In this document: positions 1 to 11,053 of the stretch, piece by piece
Layout: each line of letters opens with the position of its first letter
Numbering within the stretch: the first letter of the stretch is position 1
NCBI GenBank assembly: GCA_964016885.1
Contig: OZ024743.1
Location: 38,564,001-38,628,000 of the forward strand
From: Eledone cirrhosa
Taxonomy: Eukaryota
Direction of reading: 5' to 3'
Length of the DNA stretch: 64,000 bases
Translations under genes and position numbers: made by a program
Notes under the pieces: model-generated
What the model saw: only the letters and a program-made list of their open reading frames with translations
What the model was told of the DNA's origin: nothing
Database searches by the model: none

Positions 1-14
1 TTAATAATGAAATT

Positions 15-68
15 ATTAATAATTGTCTCCACTCCAGGCACAAGGCCAGAAATCACCCAGTGCATTAC
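15..68 (-). mobile_element. 3' fragment of a tRNA-derived SINE (same family as 49041-49235 and 57791-57965)
   Basis: Reverse complement GTAATGCACTGGGTGATTTCTGGCCTTGTGCC...GAGACAATTATT matches the 3' end of the SINE at 57.9 kb. Confidence 0.7.
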
Positions 69-891
69 AATAATATAATATACTTTTTGCTGAAGTTGCC
101 TGTTATTGTTGTTGGCTATGTCGGTGGTGGTGCTGGGGCTTTTTATATTGTTGGTGAGGAAGGGGTGAGCCAGCAGTGCCATAGTTGTTGACGTTTGGCC
201 GGTGGCCAGGTCACTAAGTCAATCTATTTATATCTTTTGCTAGCCTCTCCCTTGTCTAGTGATACCGCCACCTTCCCCTTTCTAAAGTTAACAGGGGAAA
301 AGTGGTGGTAGCAATGAAGGAGTGGTGGCGGCGGTGATGGGACAGTGGTAGCAATGATGGATGGAGTGGTGGCGGCGTTTGCTTTGTCGTTACTGAGTTT
401 TGTGATATGTAGTATCTATGAGTTTGTGTCGCGTATGTTTAATATATATTGTGTTGACTTATTCCCGTAACATTGGAATTAAACATTTTGTTAACACTTG
501 AGACAATAATAATAGTAATTATTATTATGATGCTGGGATTGGTGGTGGTGGTGTTGAAATTGCCGTTATCTGGCTGTTATATTTAGTGTGATGGGGTAGG
601 TGGTGTATCAAGTTTCTGGTGTTGGTGAAATTGCTGTTATTTGGCTGTTCTATATAGTGTAGAGAGAGGGTGTTTTCTTCCATTTATGACCATTTTCTTT
701 TTTGAATACAAAATATATAATACAAAATTGAATATTTGAGCGATATAACAATATAATATGGATCCGAAATTTTATGAGACTTGATTCGGTGGTTTATGCA
801 TCATTTGTACTAAGAATTGTAATTTCGCAATTGATTTAAATTTGTTAAAATCAAAATCGTACGGGAGCGATTTCATGACCTTCTACCACCA

Positions 892-954
892 CGTGCGTCT
901 TGTTCCCTTATCCGTGCGTTTTCTTCACTTATCCGTGCGTCTTCTTCCCTTTTT
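892..954 (+). repeat. 3 x 21-bp tandem repeat at the 5' junction of Tx1 copy 1
   Basis: CGTGCGTCTTGTTCCCTTATC / CGTGCGTTTTCTTCACTTATC / CGTGCGTCTTCTTCCCTTTTT. Confidence 0.85.
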
Positions 955-3900
955 GGGGTCGTCATGGAAGCAGGGTCACCTGCTCAACGACCTCAGGTCA
1001 CTAAACATAGATGTAGTGGCCATCAGCGAGACCAGAATCTCCGAAGCACGGGCCTTCGCACCGATCTTCGGCGGCTACGATGTGTACGCATCTCCCAGCC
1101 GTCCTGGATCGGGTGGAGGAGTTGCTGTGCTTTTTCGGAGAGGTTTGGATCTCGCCATACGGGCCATCTTCCTGGACCCAGAGGGTAAGCTGGTGGTGCT
1201 GGACGTGACCAGCGGAGACGGGCAAGCTTTCAGGCTAGTGGCCGTCTATGCCCCGACAGGAGCAGGGCGGCCTGATTTCTTCCGGCGTCTGGAGACCTTT
1301 CTTGGAACGTCCCGCTCTTTAGTGTTAGTGGGCGACTGGAACGGGATCTTAGATGCACGCTGGGACTGTGTGGGATTAGCGGATAGGGGTGGAGGGTGCA
1401 AGAGCCTCACCAACCTGCTCAGACGTTTTGAACTGTCTGACAGGTACCAATTGGATTTCCCGAATGTGCCAATGTGGACTTGGACAAACCGCATAGGGTC
1501 ATCCAGATCATATCTAGATAGAGTATTTTGTAGGGAAATAGATAGGTCTAGCATAGGCTGTCCACAATTCAAGATAGTCAGCTACACGGACCACAAATTC
1601 GTGACCTGTGTGCTTGACTTAGATAGGCTTCATAGACGAGGACCCGGCTACTGGAAGCTAAACGCGTCCTTACCAGCGCGCAAGGCCTACAGAGACCGGA
1701 TTAGCGAACTAGTTAAGCGGTCGTTGACGGGGGCCATCGTCAACAACAAGTGGTGGTTTGCTCTGAAAAGAGCGATTAGAATAGAATCGATTAGGTTTAG
1801 TAAGGCTTTAGCAATAGAGAAAAATAGAGCAGAGGGAGAACTAGTTAGAAAATTAGACGAGGCGCTTAGCAAAGGCATTGCGACCGACGTGCTTGCGGCG
1901 AAATTGGCCCTTGACCAATTCTTCAATGCAAAGCACGAAGGCTGCGTTGTCAGAGCAAGGGTGCGTGCTCTCAGACACGAGGGGACGAAAGCCGTGCAAT
2001 GGGCCCGAGTGGCGGAGGCGCGTCGTGGCAACAAAGCCACGATCCGGTCTTTGGTGGACCACGACGGGCGCATGCTACTCGATCCCGGGCAAATGTGTGA
2101 AGCTTTTCAGCGACACTTCGCTCAGCTGTTCGGGGGCAGCGGTGGGCCGGGTAGAGGGATGGACTTTAGTGTCTACCTCGACGGACTGCCGCGGCTCTCG
2201 GCCACTGAGGCGAAGTGTTGCGAAAAGCCGATAACAGCCGCTGAAGTAAGGGAGGCAATGACTGGCTGCACAAGGGGTAAATCGCCTGGTTTGGATGGTC
2301 TGCCCTATGAACTTTACGTACAGATGCCAGACTTGTTCGGAGGCCTCTTGGCGGACGTCTACTGCAACTGGCAACAGAACGGGAGAATTCCCAGTTCTGT
2401 GAGCCGAGGAGCGGTGGCACTGCTGAGAAAGGATCCGAACAAGGGGGATAACATAGAAAATATCCGGCCCATAACTCTGCTAAACACAGAGTTTAAGATT
2501 TTGGCCAAGGTGCTAGCAAAGAGGTTGGCGCTTGTCGTTGGTGGTCTGGTGGGAGAGGCGCAGACATGCGCCATTCCCGACAGATCCATCCACGACAACC
2601 TCCACCTCATGCGATACATCGTAGAGAGGGTAGCTAGGGAACCTGGCACGGGTGGGTCCTTGATCAATTTAGATCAGTCGAAAGCTTTCGATAGGGTCGA
2701 CCATCGTTACCTAGCGGCAGTCCTGAGGGCGGCTGGCTTTGGGCCCGTCTTCAGAGGCTGGATCGCTGCCATGCACAGCGACATCTGCTCTGTGGTGAGA
2801 GTGAACGGTCACCTGTCGGAACCGTTCAACATCATGCGCTCGGTCCGCCAAGGATGTCCCCTCTCGTCCCTCTTGTACGTATTGACTCTCGAGCCATTAC
2901 TGCACAAACTGGAGACGTTGAGGGGGGTACCGCGCGAACTAGGATGCGGAAGATCCGTATCAGCATATGCGGACGATGTCACCGTAGTGGTGTCGAACGC
3001 CAAACACATCGAGGCGATCGGCACTACACCAAGAGAATACGAAGCGGTGACAGGAGCAATGATCAACCAGGAAATGTCAGTGGGCCTGCAGCTCAGGACC
3101 TGGAGAGGCAGGTCCATGCCGTCCAACAGCGTCGTCGGACGCTGGACGGACGGACCGGTTAAATTGCTAGGGGTCTGGTTCGGTCCGGACCTCCAGACGG
3201 ACAAAAACTGGGACGAGGTGACGAGCAGGGTGGCTTCTCTCACCCAGAAATGGGCCGAGAGGAAGCTATCCCTGAAAGGTCGAGCGGAGGTGGCTAACGC
3301 GTACATCGCGTCCGTCATCTGCTACCGCCTGACCGTCGTACCTTGTCCTAAGCCTCGTCTGACTGTGCTGGAGCGTTTGCTCTTTCGCTTTTTGTGGAAG
3401 GGACGCGCTCCGATGGTCAGGCGGTCCATCTGTTGTCAAAACCCGCTACGTGGAGGGCTGGGCATGCCGTGGCTGATGATGCGCAGGCACGCGCTCAGGC
3501 TACGACATCTCCACCTCTTCCTCGACGGTGATCAGGTGTGGTCGCCGTTTGCTAGACGCGTGTTTCCCCAGCTCGTTTCCTTGACGGAGCTGCAGTCCTG
3601 GGTCAAGCGAAGACCGAGAGGGAGCGCCTGGAGACTGGAATGTCTTCAGGCGCTCACAGCCCTCGACCAATCGGGCAATGTGATCGGTGGAAACTCCACC
3701 TCGGCGTTCTATAGAGGATTAGTGGAGGGGAAGAGCGACGACGTACTTGGGGAAACTCTAGGCGTCGACGAAAATCAACTAGCCAATCTCTTCGGAAGAA
3801 CTTTCGGGCCAGGGCCTATGGACAACTTCCAGAAATCTCTGGCCTGGCAGTGCTACCGAGGAGCCTTGCCAGTTCGGGATAAACTCTACAGGCATGGAGG

Positions 3901-4333
3901 TGCCGTCAGCCGGGCATGTCCATGATGCGCGCAGGGCGACGAAACCGTCCTGCACGCACTCGTCCAGTGTCCGAAAATTGCTGACTTGTGGGTTTATGTC
4001 GAACACCTGCTGTCGCGTTTAGGACAGATCCGGCTATCATCTGAGTCCATCGTGAGGATTGCCCCGCCCTCCTCCTTTAGCCGGGAAGGGCAGGCAGTTT
4101 TTATCTGCCTGGTGGCCATGGCGAAAGAGATAGTATGGTGGACACGTTTGAAAGGGCTGAAGACGAGCACTTACCTCTTCGGTGATGCTCTGATTGACTT
4201 TTTCAAATTTCATTTGAAAAGGAAAATCAGAGTAGAGAGGGAAGTGCTCTCTTCCCAGCATTTTGTTGAAAGATGGGTGAGAGAAGCAAGAATGGCCCGA
4301 GTGAATGGGCCTACTCTGAGCATATATCTGTAA
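953..4333 (+). pseudogene. Tx1 ORF2 (APE endonuclease - RT - C-terminal Cys/His domain) with a premature TGA at 3923-3925
   Basis: Endonuclease motifs SETR, VYAP, GDWN, YLDR, TDH; GPGYWKLN; RT motifs RPITLLN, KAFDRV, QGCPLS, YADD; CP*CAQGDETVLH (CPRC in copy 2). Confidence 0.92.
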
Positions 4334-4593
4334 ATTAAAGGTGGAAAACTGGGAGAGGGCACTTGCCTTGGTGGTCAGGGTCATTGTGGCTTTTTACTGG
4401 GCTTTCTCCACAAATGTCCCTCCGAAGTCTCCCCCCTATTGGGGAATTTTTCATTGTTATTTTCATTGTTATTTTTGTTACATCCTCTGTTTTTGTTTTT
4501 TTACACGCAGAAATGCCCATTTGTACCGTCCTGCATTGTCCTGCATTGTCCTTAATGTCTACTTTATGTAAACCCTTGTGGTTAATAAAGAAA

Positions 4594-4635
<42 letters not shown>
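953..4635 (+). mobile_element. Tx1-clade (L1 group) non-LTR retrotransposon copy 1, 5'-truncated (no ORF1), ending AATAAA + (ATT)n
   Basis: Near-identical to 7208-10838; AATAAA at 4584-4589 followed by an (ATT)n tail at about 4596-4635. Confidence 0.92.
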
Positions 4636-4639
<4 letters not shown>

Positions 4640-4785
4640 TATTCCTTGAATCTCAGTCATTGATGTTGGTTAACTGGAAAGTCCGTTGGATTGAATATCA
4701 AGCCACTACCTGCAGCCTCAGATATTCAGGACGTATCGGAGGGTTCTTGCTGTTCCAAGCAAGCATGCCTTTTGAAGCGTTCCAA
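4636..4785 (-). mobile_element. Short 3' fragment of an RLE-type (Dong/R4-like) non-LTR retrotransposon inserted in (TAA)n
   Basis: Minus strand 4777-4718 reads LQKACLLGTARTLRYVLNI*, resembling the typical Dong/R4 C-terminus; a short 3'UTR follows; (TAA)n on both sides. Confidence 0.8.
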
Positions 4786-4821
<36 letters not shown>

Positions 4822-5036
4822 GAATGCCATGGTTGACGGAGGCTCGGCTCTGTAAGGTATAGTAATTTTTAACCGTTAAAACAATTGTAAATTGTTTAAA
4901 ACTTGAACCAAATTGTTGATAAAGACACCCACCTCCTCGTGAGAGGGGTCTTTCTGTCCGTTATTTGGCCCTTCGGGGTTAAATAACCAGTTATTGGGGT
5001 TTTGTACCCAAAATTTCATTTTAAACAAAAAACAAC

Positions 5037-7133
5037 ATGGCTACGAAAAAGAAATTTCATACGTCACTCCCACTCATTCCGTCTTCTTCTTCCTCAATCA
5101 TCACTACAGCAGAGAGAAGATTGTCTCTCTCCCTCCCTTCTTTAAATGTGTCTCTCTCCCTCCCTTCTCTTTCGCAAGTGACGAAAGAAAAGAAAAGTCT
5201 CGTGCAAAGCGTGCAAGGTTTCTCCACGACGACGACGACAGCGACGAAACAGGTGTGCGGGAAATACGAAAACCCAGTTCATTCGTCTGACGTCAGGAAT
5301 AATAGCAGTAGCAGCCGTAATAACAACAGCAACAGTCACAATGAAAACAACAGTAGCAGCCGCAACAGCATCACCAGCAGCATAAACAACAACAGCATTA
5401 GCAGCAGCAACACCAACAACAACCACAGCAACAGCGGCGGAGGCAGTAGTCGTAGTACCTGCAGCAACAACAAAAGTACCAGCAGCTCTGACGACAACAA
5501 CAACAGCAGAGAAAAACCAATCTCATTTGCAGGTATTGCGAAAAATTTGGAAACAATCCTCATAACAAATGAGGAATTAGAGGAAGCGAAGAAGATGGTG
5601 ACAAAGAACGGACACCGAGCAATCTGCAAGGCAGCGAAAAATGTTTTCGAAACCCAAGAGCACTGTACGGTCACGTACCGTACAGTAAGTACAAAATCCC
5701 GTAGGGTGGAAAGAGCCACAGAGGCCCAAATACAAAAAGCCTTGGGGTCTGTGTGGCAGCGGAAAACGCACATCACCCGAGGCAAAAAATACGCCACCGT
5801 AGACGTACTTTTTGCCACACCCCAGGAGGCAAAGGCCCAATCAGTAGTGACCCTAAGGAGCGAGGAAATGGTGTTGGTGCCCTCCTACTGCGGGCAAAAA
5901 ATTGTGAGGGTCAAACTGACCCACGTCCCCCCCGGAATGACCCCTTCTTGGCTGGCCGCGTCTGTCCTCGTCGGAATCGAGGACAAAACAACTGTACTGC
6001 AAGTACAGAAAAAAGTAAGAGAAGATTGGGTCGGCTCCTCCATTGAGATGCTAATCCAAACCAACCAGGAGTGCATCGAAGCTATCCCGGATGTGATAGA
6101 CTTCGATAACGGCACTCAACTGCCCATAAGTGTTGAGGGCAAACGCCCGAAATGCTTTCGCTGTGGATCGAAGACTCACCTCAGGGCCTTCTGCAACGAG
6201 AAGACCCTGAGAAAGGAGAAAACCCCCCTCCTTCCGAATCCGGCTCCACGGCTACCAGCAACAGGACAAGCGGCAACCAGGAACGATAGGTCCGTGGCAC
6301 CCATACCCACTCCACGGAAATCAAAGACAGCAGCAGCAGTGGAAATATTAACAACAACAACAGCAATACCAAATGCAGCTGCAACAGAGACTCCAGTGCA
6401 AACATCACCAACAACAACAAGTGAAAGAGTGGAGCTGGTACCCCTCCCCGACCTTACAGAATCAGACATGGAGTGTGAGGTGGGAGAGGGATGGCAAAAG
6501 GTCGCAAGAAGGCACAAACGCAGAAGCAGCGCATCGTCGCCTTTGAAAAGGGAGGAAAGAAATGAGAAAAGGGTAAAGTCTACTGCAAAGAGACCCACAG
6601 CAGCAACACCACCAACACCATCACCACCCACACCAGCACCACCATCACCACCGGCGACAACCCCACCGCCAACAACACCTTCAACACCACCACCACAAGC
6701 ACCAACATCGCAAACACAACAACAAAACACACACACCCAGCAACAACGACAGGAAAATAGCAGAACCACACCCCACCCCCAGAAAAACAAATGCACGGCA
6801 ATAAACACACACAACAAGAAACTAATGACTTACATAATTGAACACACAGACATTTCACAACAGGACTACATAATACCAGCACCAATCAAAACGCCAACTA
6901 ACATAAGACTGCTAAAAATAGCACAGAAACAATACACAAACATTAAAACGAAATTCCCCAACGCAGTTGGTGATTTCAGAGACCTAGGAGGAACCATCAA
7001 TCGAAGAGTATATTCAGACATTCTCTTAGAAGAGCCGACGACCAGCCGAAGGGACGATTCAACGGTCCCTTCACCAGACGATCAAGTGAAAAGGGATGTA
7101 AAAACCATCCCTCCTCTACCAAAAGTACGGTAA
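5037..7133 (+). CDS. Tx1 ORF1 (gag-like nucleic-acid-binding protein, 698 aa), open
   Basis: CCHC knuckle CFRCGSKTHLRAFC; N/S-rich and P/T-rich low-complexity segments; basic WQKVARRHKRR motif; directly upstream of ORF2. Confidence 0.85.
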   Translation: MATKKKFHTSLPLIPSSSSSIITTAERRLSLSLPSLNVSLSLPSLSQVTKEKKSLVQSVQGFSTTTTTATKQVCGKYENPVHSSDVRNNSSSSRNNNSNSHNENNSSSRNSITSSINNNSISSSNTNNNHSNSGGGSSRSTCSNNKSTSSSDDNNNSREKPISFAGIAKNLETILITNEELEEAKKMVTKNGHRAICKAAKNVFETQEHCTVTYRTVSTKSRRVERATEAQIQKALGSVWQRKTHITRGKKYATVDVLFATPQEAKAQSVVTLRSEEMVLVPSYCGQKIVRVKLTHVPPGMTPSWLAASVLVGIEDKTTVLQVQKKVREDWVGSSIEMLIQTNQECIEAIPDVIDFDNGTQLPISVEGKRPKCFRCGSKTHLRAFCNEKTLRKEKTPLLPNPAPRLPATGQAATRNDRSVAPIPTPRKSKTAAAVEILTTTTAIPNAAATETPVQTSPTTTSERVELVPLPDLTESDMECEVGEGWQKVARRHKRRSSASSPLKREERNEKRVKSTAKRPTAATPPTPSPPTPAPPSPPATTPPPTTPSTPPPQAPTSQTQQQNTHTQQQRQENSRTTPHPQKNKCTAINTHNKKLMTYIIEHTDISQQDYIIPAPIKTPTNIRLLKIAQKQYTNIKTKFPNAVGDFRDLGGTINRRVYSDILLEEPTTSRRDDSTVPSPDDQVKRDVKTIPPLPKVR

Positions 7134-7168
7134 GTGGTCTTTCCCATCTTTTCCACTCTATTTTAAAC

Positions 7169-10100
7169 ATGACCTCACTCAGAATAGGCAGCATAAATGC
7201 GCGTGTCTTGGGGTCGTCATGGAAGCAGGGTCACCTGCTCAACGACCTCAGGTCACTAAACATAGATGTAGTGGCCATCAGCGAGACCAGAATCTCCGAA
7301 GCACGGGCCTTCGCACCGATCTTCGGCGGCTACGATGTGTACGCATCTCCCAGCCGTCCTGGATCCGGTGGAGGAGTTGCTGTGCTTTTTCGGAGAGGTT
7401 TGGATCTCGCCATACGGGCCATCTTCCTGGACCCAGAGGGTAAGCTGGTGGTGCTGGACGTGACCAGCGGAGACGGGCAAGCTTTCAGGCTAGTGGCCGT
7501 CTATGCCCCGACAGGAGCAGGGCGGCCTGAATTCTTCCGGCGTCTGGAGACCTTTCTTGGAACGTCCCGCTCTTTAGTGTTAGTGGGCGACTGGAACGGG
7601 ATCTTAGATGCACGCTGGGACTGTGTGGGATTAGCGGATAGGGGTGGAGGGTGCAAGAGCCTCACCAACCTGCTCAGGCGTTTTGAACTGTCTGACAGGT
7701 ACCGATTGGATTTCCCGAATGTGCCAATGTGGACTTGGACAAACCGCATAGGGTCATCCAGATCATATCTAGATAGAGTATTTTGTAGGGAAATAGATAG
7801 GTCTAGCATAGGCTGTCCACATTTCAAGATAGTCAGCTACACGGACCACAAATTCGTGATCTGTGTGCTTGACTTAGATAGGCTTCATAGACGAGGACCC
7901 GGCTACTGGAAGCTAAACGCGTCCTTACCAGCGCGCAAGGCCTACAGAGACCGGATTAGCGAACTAGTTAAGCGGGCGTTGACGGGGGCCATCGTCAACA
8001 ACAAGTGGTGGTTTGCTCTGAAAAGAGCGATTAGAATAGAATCGATTAGATTTAGTAAGGCTTTAGCAATAGAGAAAAATAGAGCAGAGGGAGAACTAGT
8101 TAGAAAATTAGACGAGGCGCTTAGCAAAGGCATTGCGACCGACGTGCTTGCGGCGAAATTGGCCCTTGACCAATTCTTCAATGCAAAGCACGAAGGCTGC
8201 GTTGTCAGAGCAAGGGTGCGTGCTCTCAGACGCGAGGGGACGAAAGCCGTTCAATGGGCCCGAGTGGCGGAGGCGCGTCGTGGCAACAAAGCCACGATCC
8301 GGTCTTTGGTGGACCACGACGGGCGCATGCTACTCGATCCCGGGCAAATGTGTGAAGCTTTTCAGCGACACTTCGCTCAGCTGTTCGGGGGCAGCGGTGG
8401 GCCGGGTAGAGGGATGGACTTTAGTGTCTACCTCGACGGACTGCCGCGGCTCTCGGCCACTGAGGCGAAGTGTTGCGAAAAGCCGATAACAGCCGCTGAA
8501 GTAAGGGAGGCAATGACTGGCTGCACAAGGGGTTAATCGCCTGGTTTGGATGGTCTGCCCTATGAACTTTACGTACAGATGCCAGACTTGTTCGGAGGCC
8601 TCTTGGCGGACGTCTACTGCAACTGGCAACAGAACGGGAGAATTCCCAGTTCTGTGAGACGAGGAGCGGTGGCACTGCTGAGAAATGATCCGAACAAGGG
8701 GGATAACATAGAAAATTTCCGGCCCATAACTCTGCTAAACACAGAGTTTAAGATTTTGGCCAAGGTGCTAGCAAAGAGGTTGGCGCTTGTCGTTGGTGGT
8801 CTGGTGGGAGAGGCGCAGACATGCGCCATTCCCGACAGATCCATCCACGACAACCTCCACCTCATGCGATACATCGTAGAGAGGGTAGCTAGGGAACCTG
8901 GCACGGGTGGGTCCTTGATCAATTTAGATCAGTCGAAAGCTTTCGATAGGGTCGACCATCGTTACCTAGCGGCAGTCCTGAGGGCGGCTGGCTTTGGGCC
9001 CGTCTTCAGAGGCTGGATCGCTGCCATGCACAGCGACATCTGCTCTGTGGTGAGAGTGAACGGTCACCTGTCGGAACCGTTCAACATCATGCGCTCGGTC
9101 CGCCAAGGATGTCCCCTCTCGTCCCTCTTGTACGTATTGACTCTCGAGCCATTACTGCACAAACTGGAGACGTTGAGGGGGGTCCCGCGCGAACTAGGAT
9201 GCGGAAGATCCGTATCAGCATATGCGGACGATGTCACCGTAGTGGTGTCGAACGACAAACACATCGAGGCGATCGGCACTACACTAAGAGAATACGAAGC
9301 GGTGACAGGAGCAATGATCAACCAGGAAAAGTCAGTGGGCCTGCAGCTCGGCACCTGGAGAGGCAGGTCCATGCCGTCCAACAGCGTCGTCGGACGCTGG
9401 ACGGACGGACCGGTTAAATTGCTAAAGGGCCGAGAGGAAGCTATCCCTGAAAGGTCGAGCGGAGGTGGCTAACGCGTACATCGCGTCCGTCATCTGCTAC
9501 CGCCTGACAGTCGTACCTTGTCCTAAGCCTCGCCTGACCGTGCTGGAGCGTTTGCTCTTTCGCTTTTCGTGGAAGGGACGCGCTCCGATGGTCAGGCGGT
9601 CCATCTGTTGTCAACACCCGCTACGTGGAGGGCTGGGCATGCCGTGGCTGATGATGCGCAGGCACGCGCTCAGGCTACGACATCTCCACCTCTTCCTCGA
9701 CGGTGATCAGGTGTGGTCGCCGTTTGCTAGACGCGTGTTTCCCCAGCTCGTTTCCTTGACGGAGCTGCAATCCTGGGTCAAGCGAAGACCGAGAGGGAGC
9801 GCCTGGAGACTGGAATGTCTTCAGGCGCTCACAGCCCTCGACCAATCGGGCAATGTGATCGGTGGAAACTCCACCTCGGCGTTCTATAGAGGATTAGTGG
9901 AGGGGAAGAGCGACGACGTACTTGGGGAAACTCTAGGCGTCGACGAAAATCAACTAGCCAATCTCTTCGGAAGAACTTTCGGGCCAGGGCCTATGGACAA
10001 CTTCCAGAAATCTCTGGCCTGGCAGTGCTACCGAGGAGCCTTGCCAGTTCGGGATAAACTCTACAGGCATGGAGGTGCCATCAACCGGGCATGTCCGAGA

Positions 10101-10508
10101 TGCGCGCAGGGCGACGAAACCGTCCTGCACGCACTCGTCCAGTGTCCGAAAATTGCTGACTTGTGGGTTTATGTCGAACACCTGCTGTCGCGTTTAGGAC
10201 GGATCCGGCTATCATCTGAGTCCATCGTGAGGATTGCCCCGCCCTCCTCCTTTAGCCGGGAAAGGCAGGCAGTTTTTATCTGCCTGGTGGCCATGGCGAA
10301 AGAGATAGTATGGTGGACACGTTTGAAAGGGCTGAAGACGAGCACTTACCTCTTCGGTGATGCTCTGATTGACTTTTTCAAATTTCATTTGAAAAGGAAA
10401 ATCAGAGTAGAGAGGGAAGTGCTCTCTTCCCAGCATTTTGTTGAAAGATGGGTGAGAGAAGCAAGAATGGCCCGAGTGAATGGGCCTACTCTGAGCATAT
10501 ATCTGTAA
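7169..10508 (+). pseudogene. Tx1 ORF2 of copy 2, broken by a TAA at 8534-8536 and a net 80-nt deletion/frameshift near 9425
   Basis: ORF pieces 7169-8536, 8546-9472 and 9465-10508 tile the copy 1 ORF2; the copy1/copy2 offset shifts from 6255 to 6175. Confidence 0.92.
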
Positions 10509-10755
10509 ATTAAAGGTGGAAAACTGGGAGAGGGCACTTGCCTTGGTGGTCAGGGTCATTGTGGCTTTTTACTGGGCTTTCTCCACAAATGTCCCTCCGA
10601 AGTCTCCCCCCTATTGGGGAATTTTTCATTGTTATTTTTGTTACATCCTCTGTTTTTGTTTTTTACACGCAGAAATGCCCATTTGTACCGTCCTGCATTG
10701 TCCTGCACTGTCCTTAATGTCTACTTTATGTAAACCCTTGTGGTTAATAAAGAAA

Positions 10756-10828
<73 letters not shown>

Positions 10829-11053
10829 CATTATTATTGGCGACCTACGTAGTAAATCGCATCATCGTGAGCTCCGCAAAGGTTTGTTATTTTCAGTTGT
10901 TTAAAATTGCCATTTATGGAAAATTTTTATTGTTAACTGTATATAAGTGCAGATACATCGATTTCTGAAAAGGACACTCAAAATTATTAGGGCCTTGAGC
11001 CCAAAATTTAAACTTTTTATAATTATCAAACAAAGATTTTTATTTGAAAAATC

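Larger units (their letters stand above)
4822..10838 (+). mobile_element. Tx1-clade LINE copy 2, apparently full length (5'UTR, ORF1, ORF2, 3'UTR, (ATT)n tail)
   Basis: Starts directly after (ATT)n; two-ORF layout; AATAAA + (ATT)n tail at 10758-10838. Confidence 0.92.

Noticed and set aside
3923-3925. TGA inside the Tx1 CxxC motif as programmed readthrough
   Set aside because: Copy 2 has AGA at this codon; copy-specific mutation.
6176-6817. Antisense G/V-rich ORF
   Set aside because: Shadow of the Pro/Thr-rich part of Tx1 ORF1.
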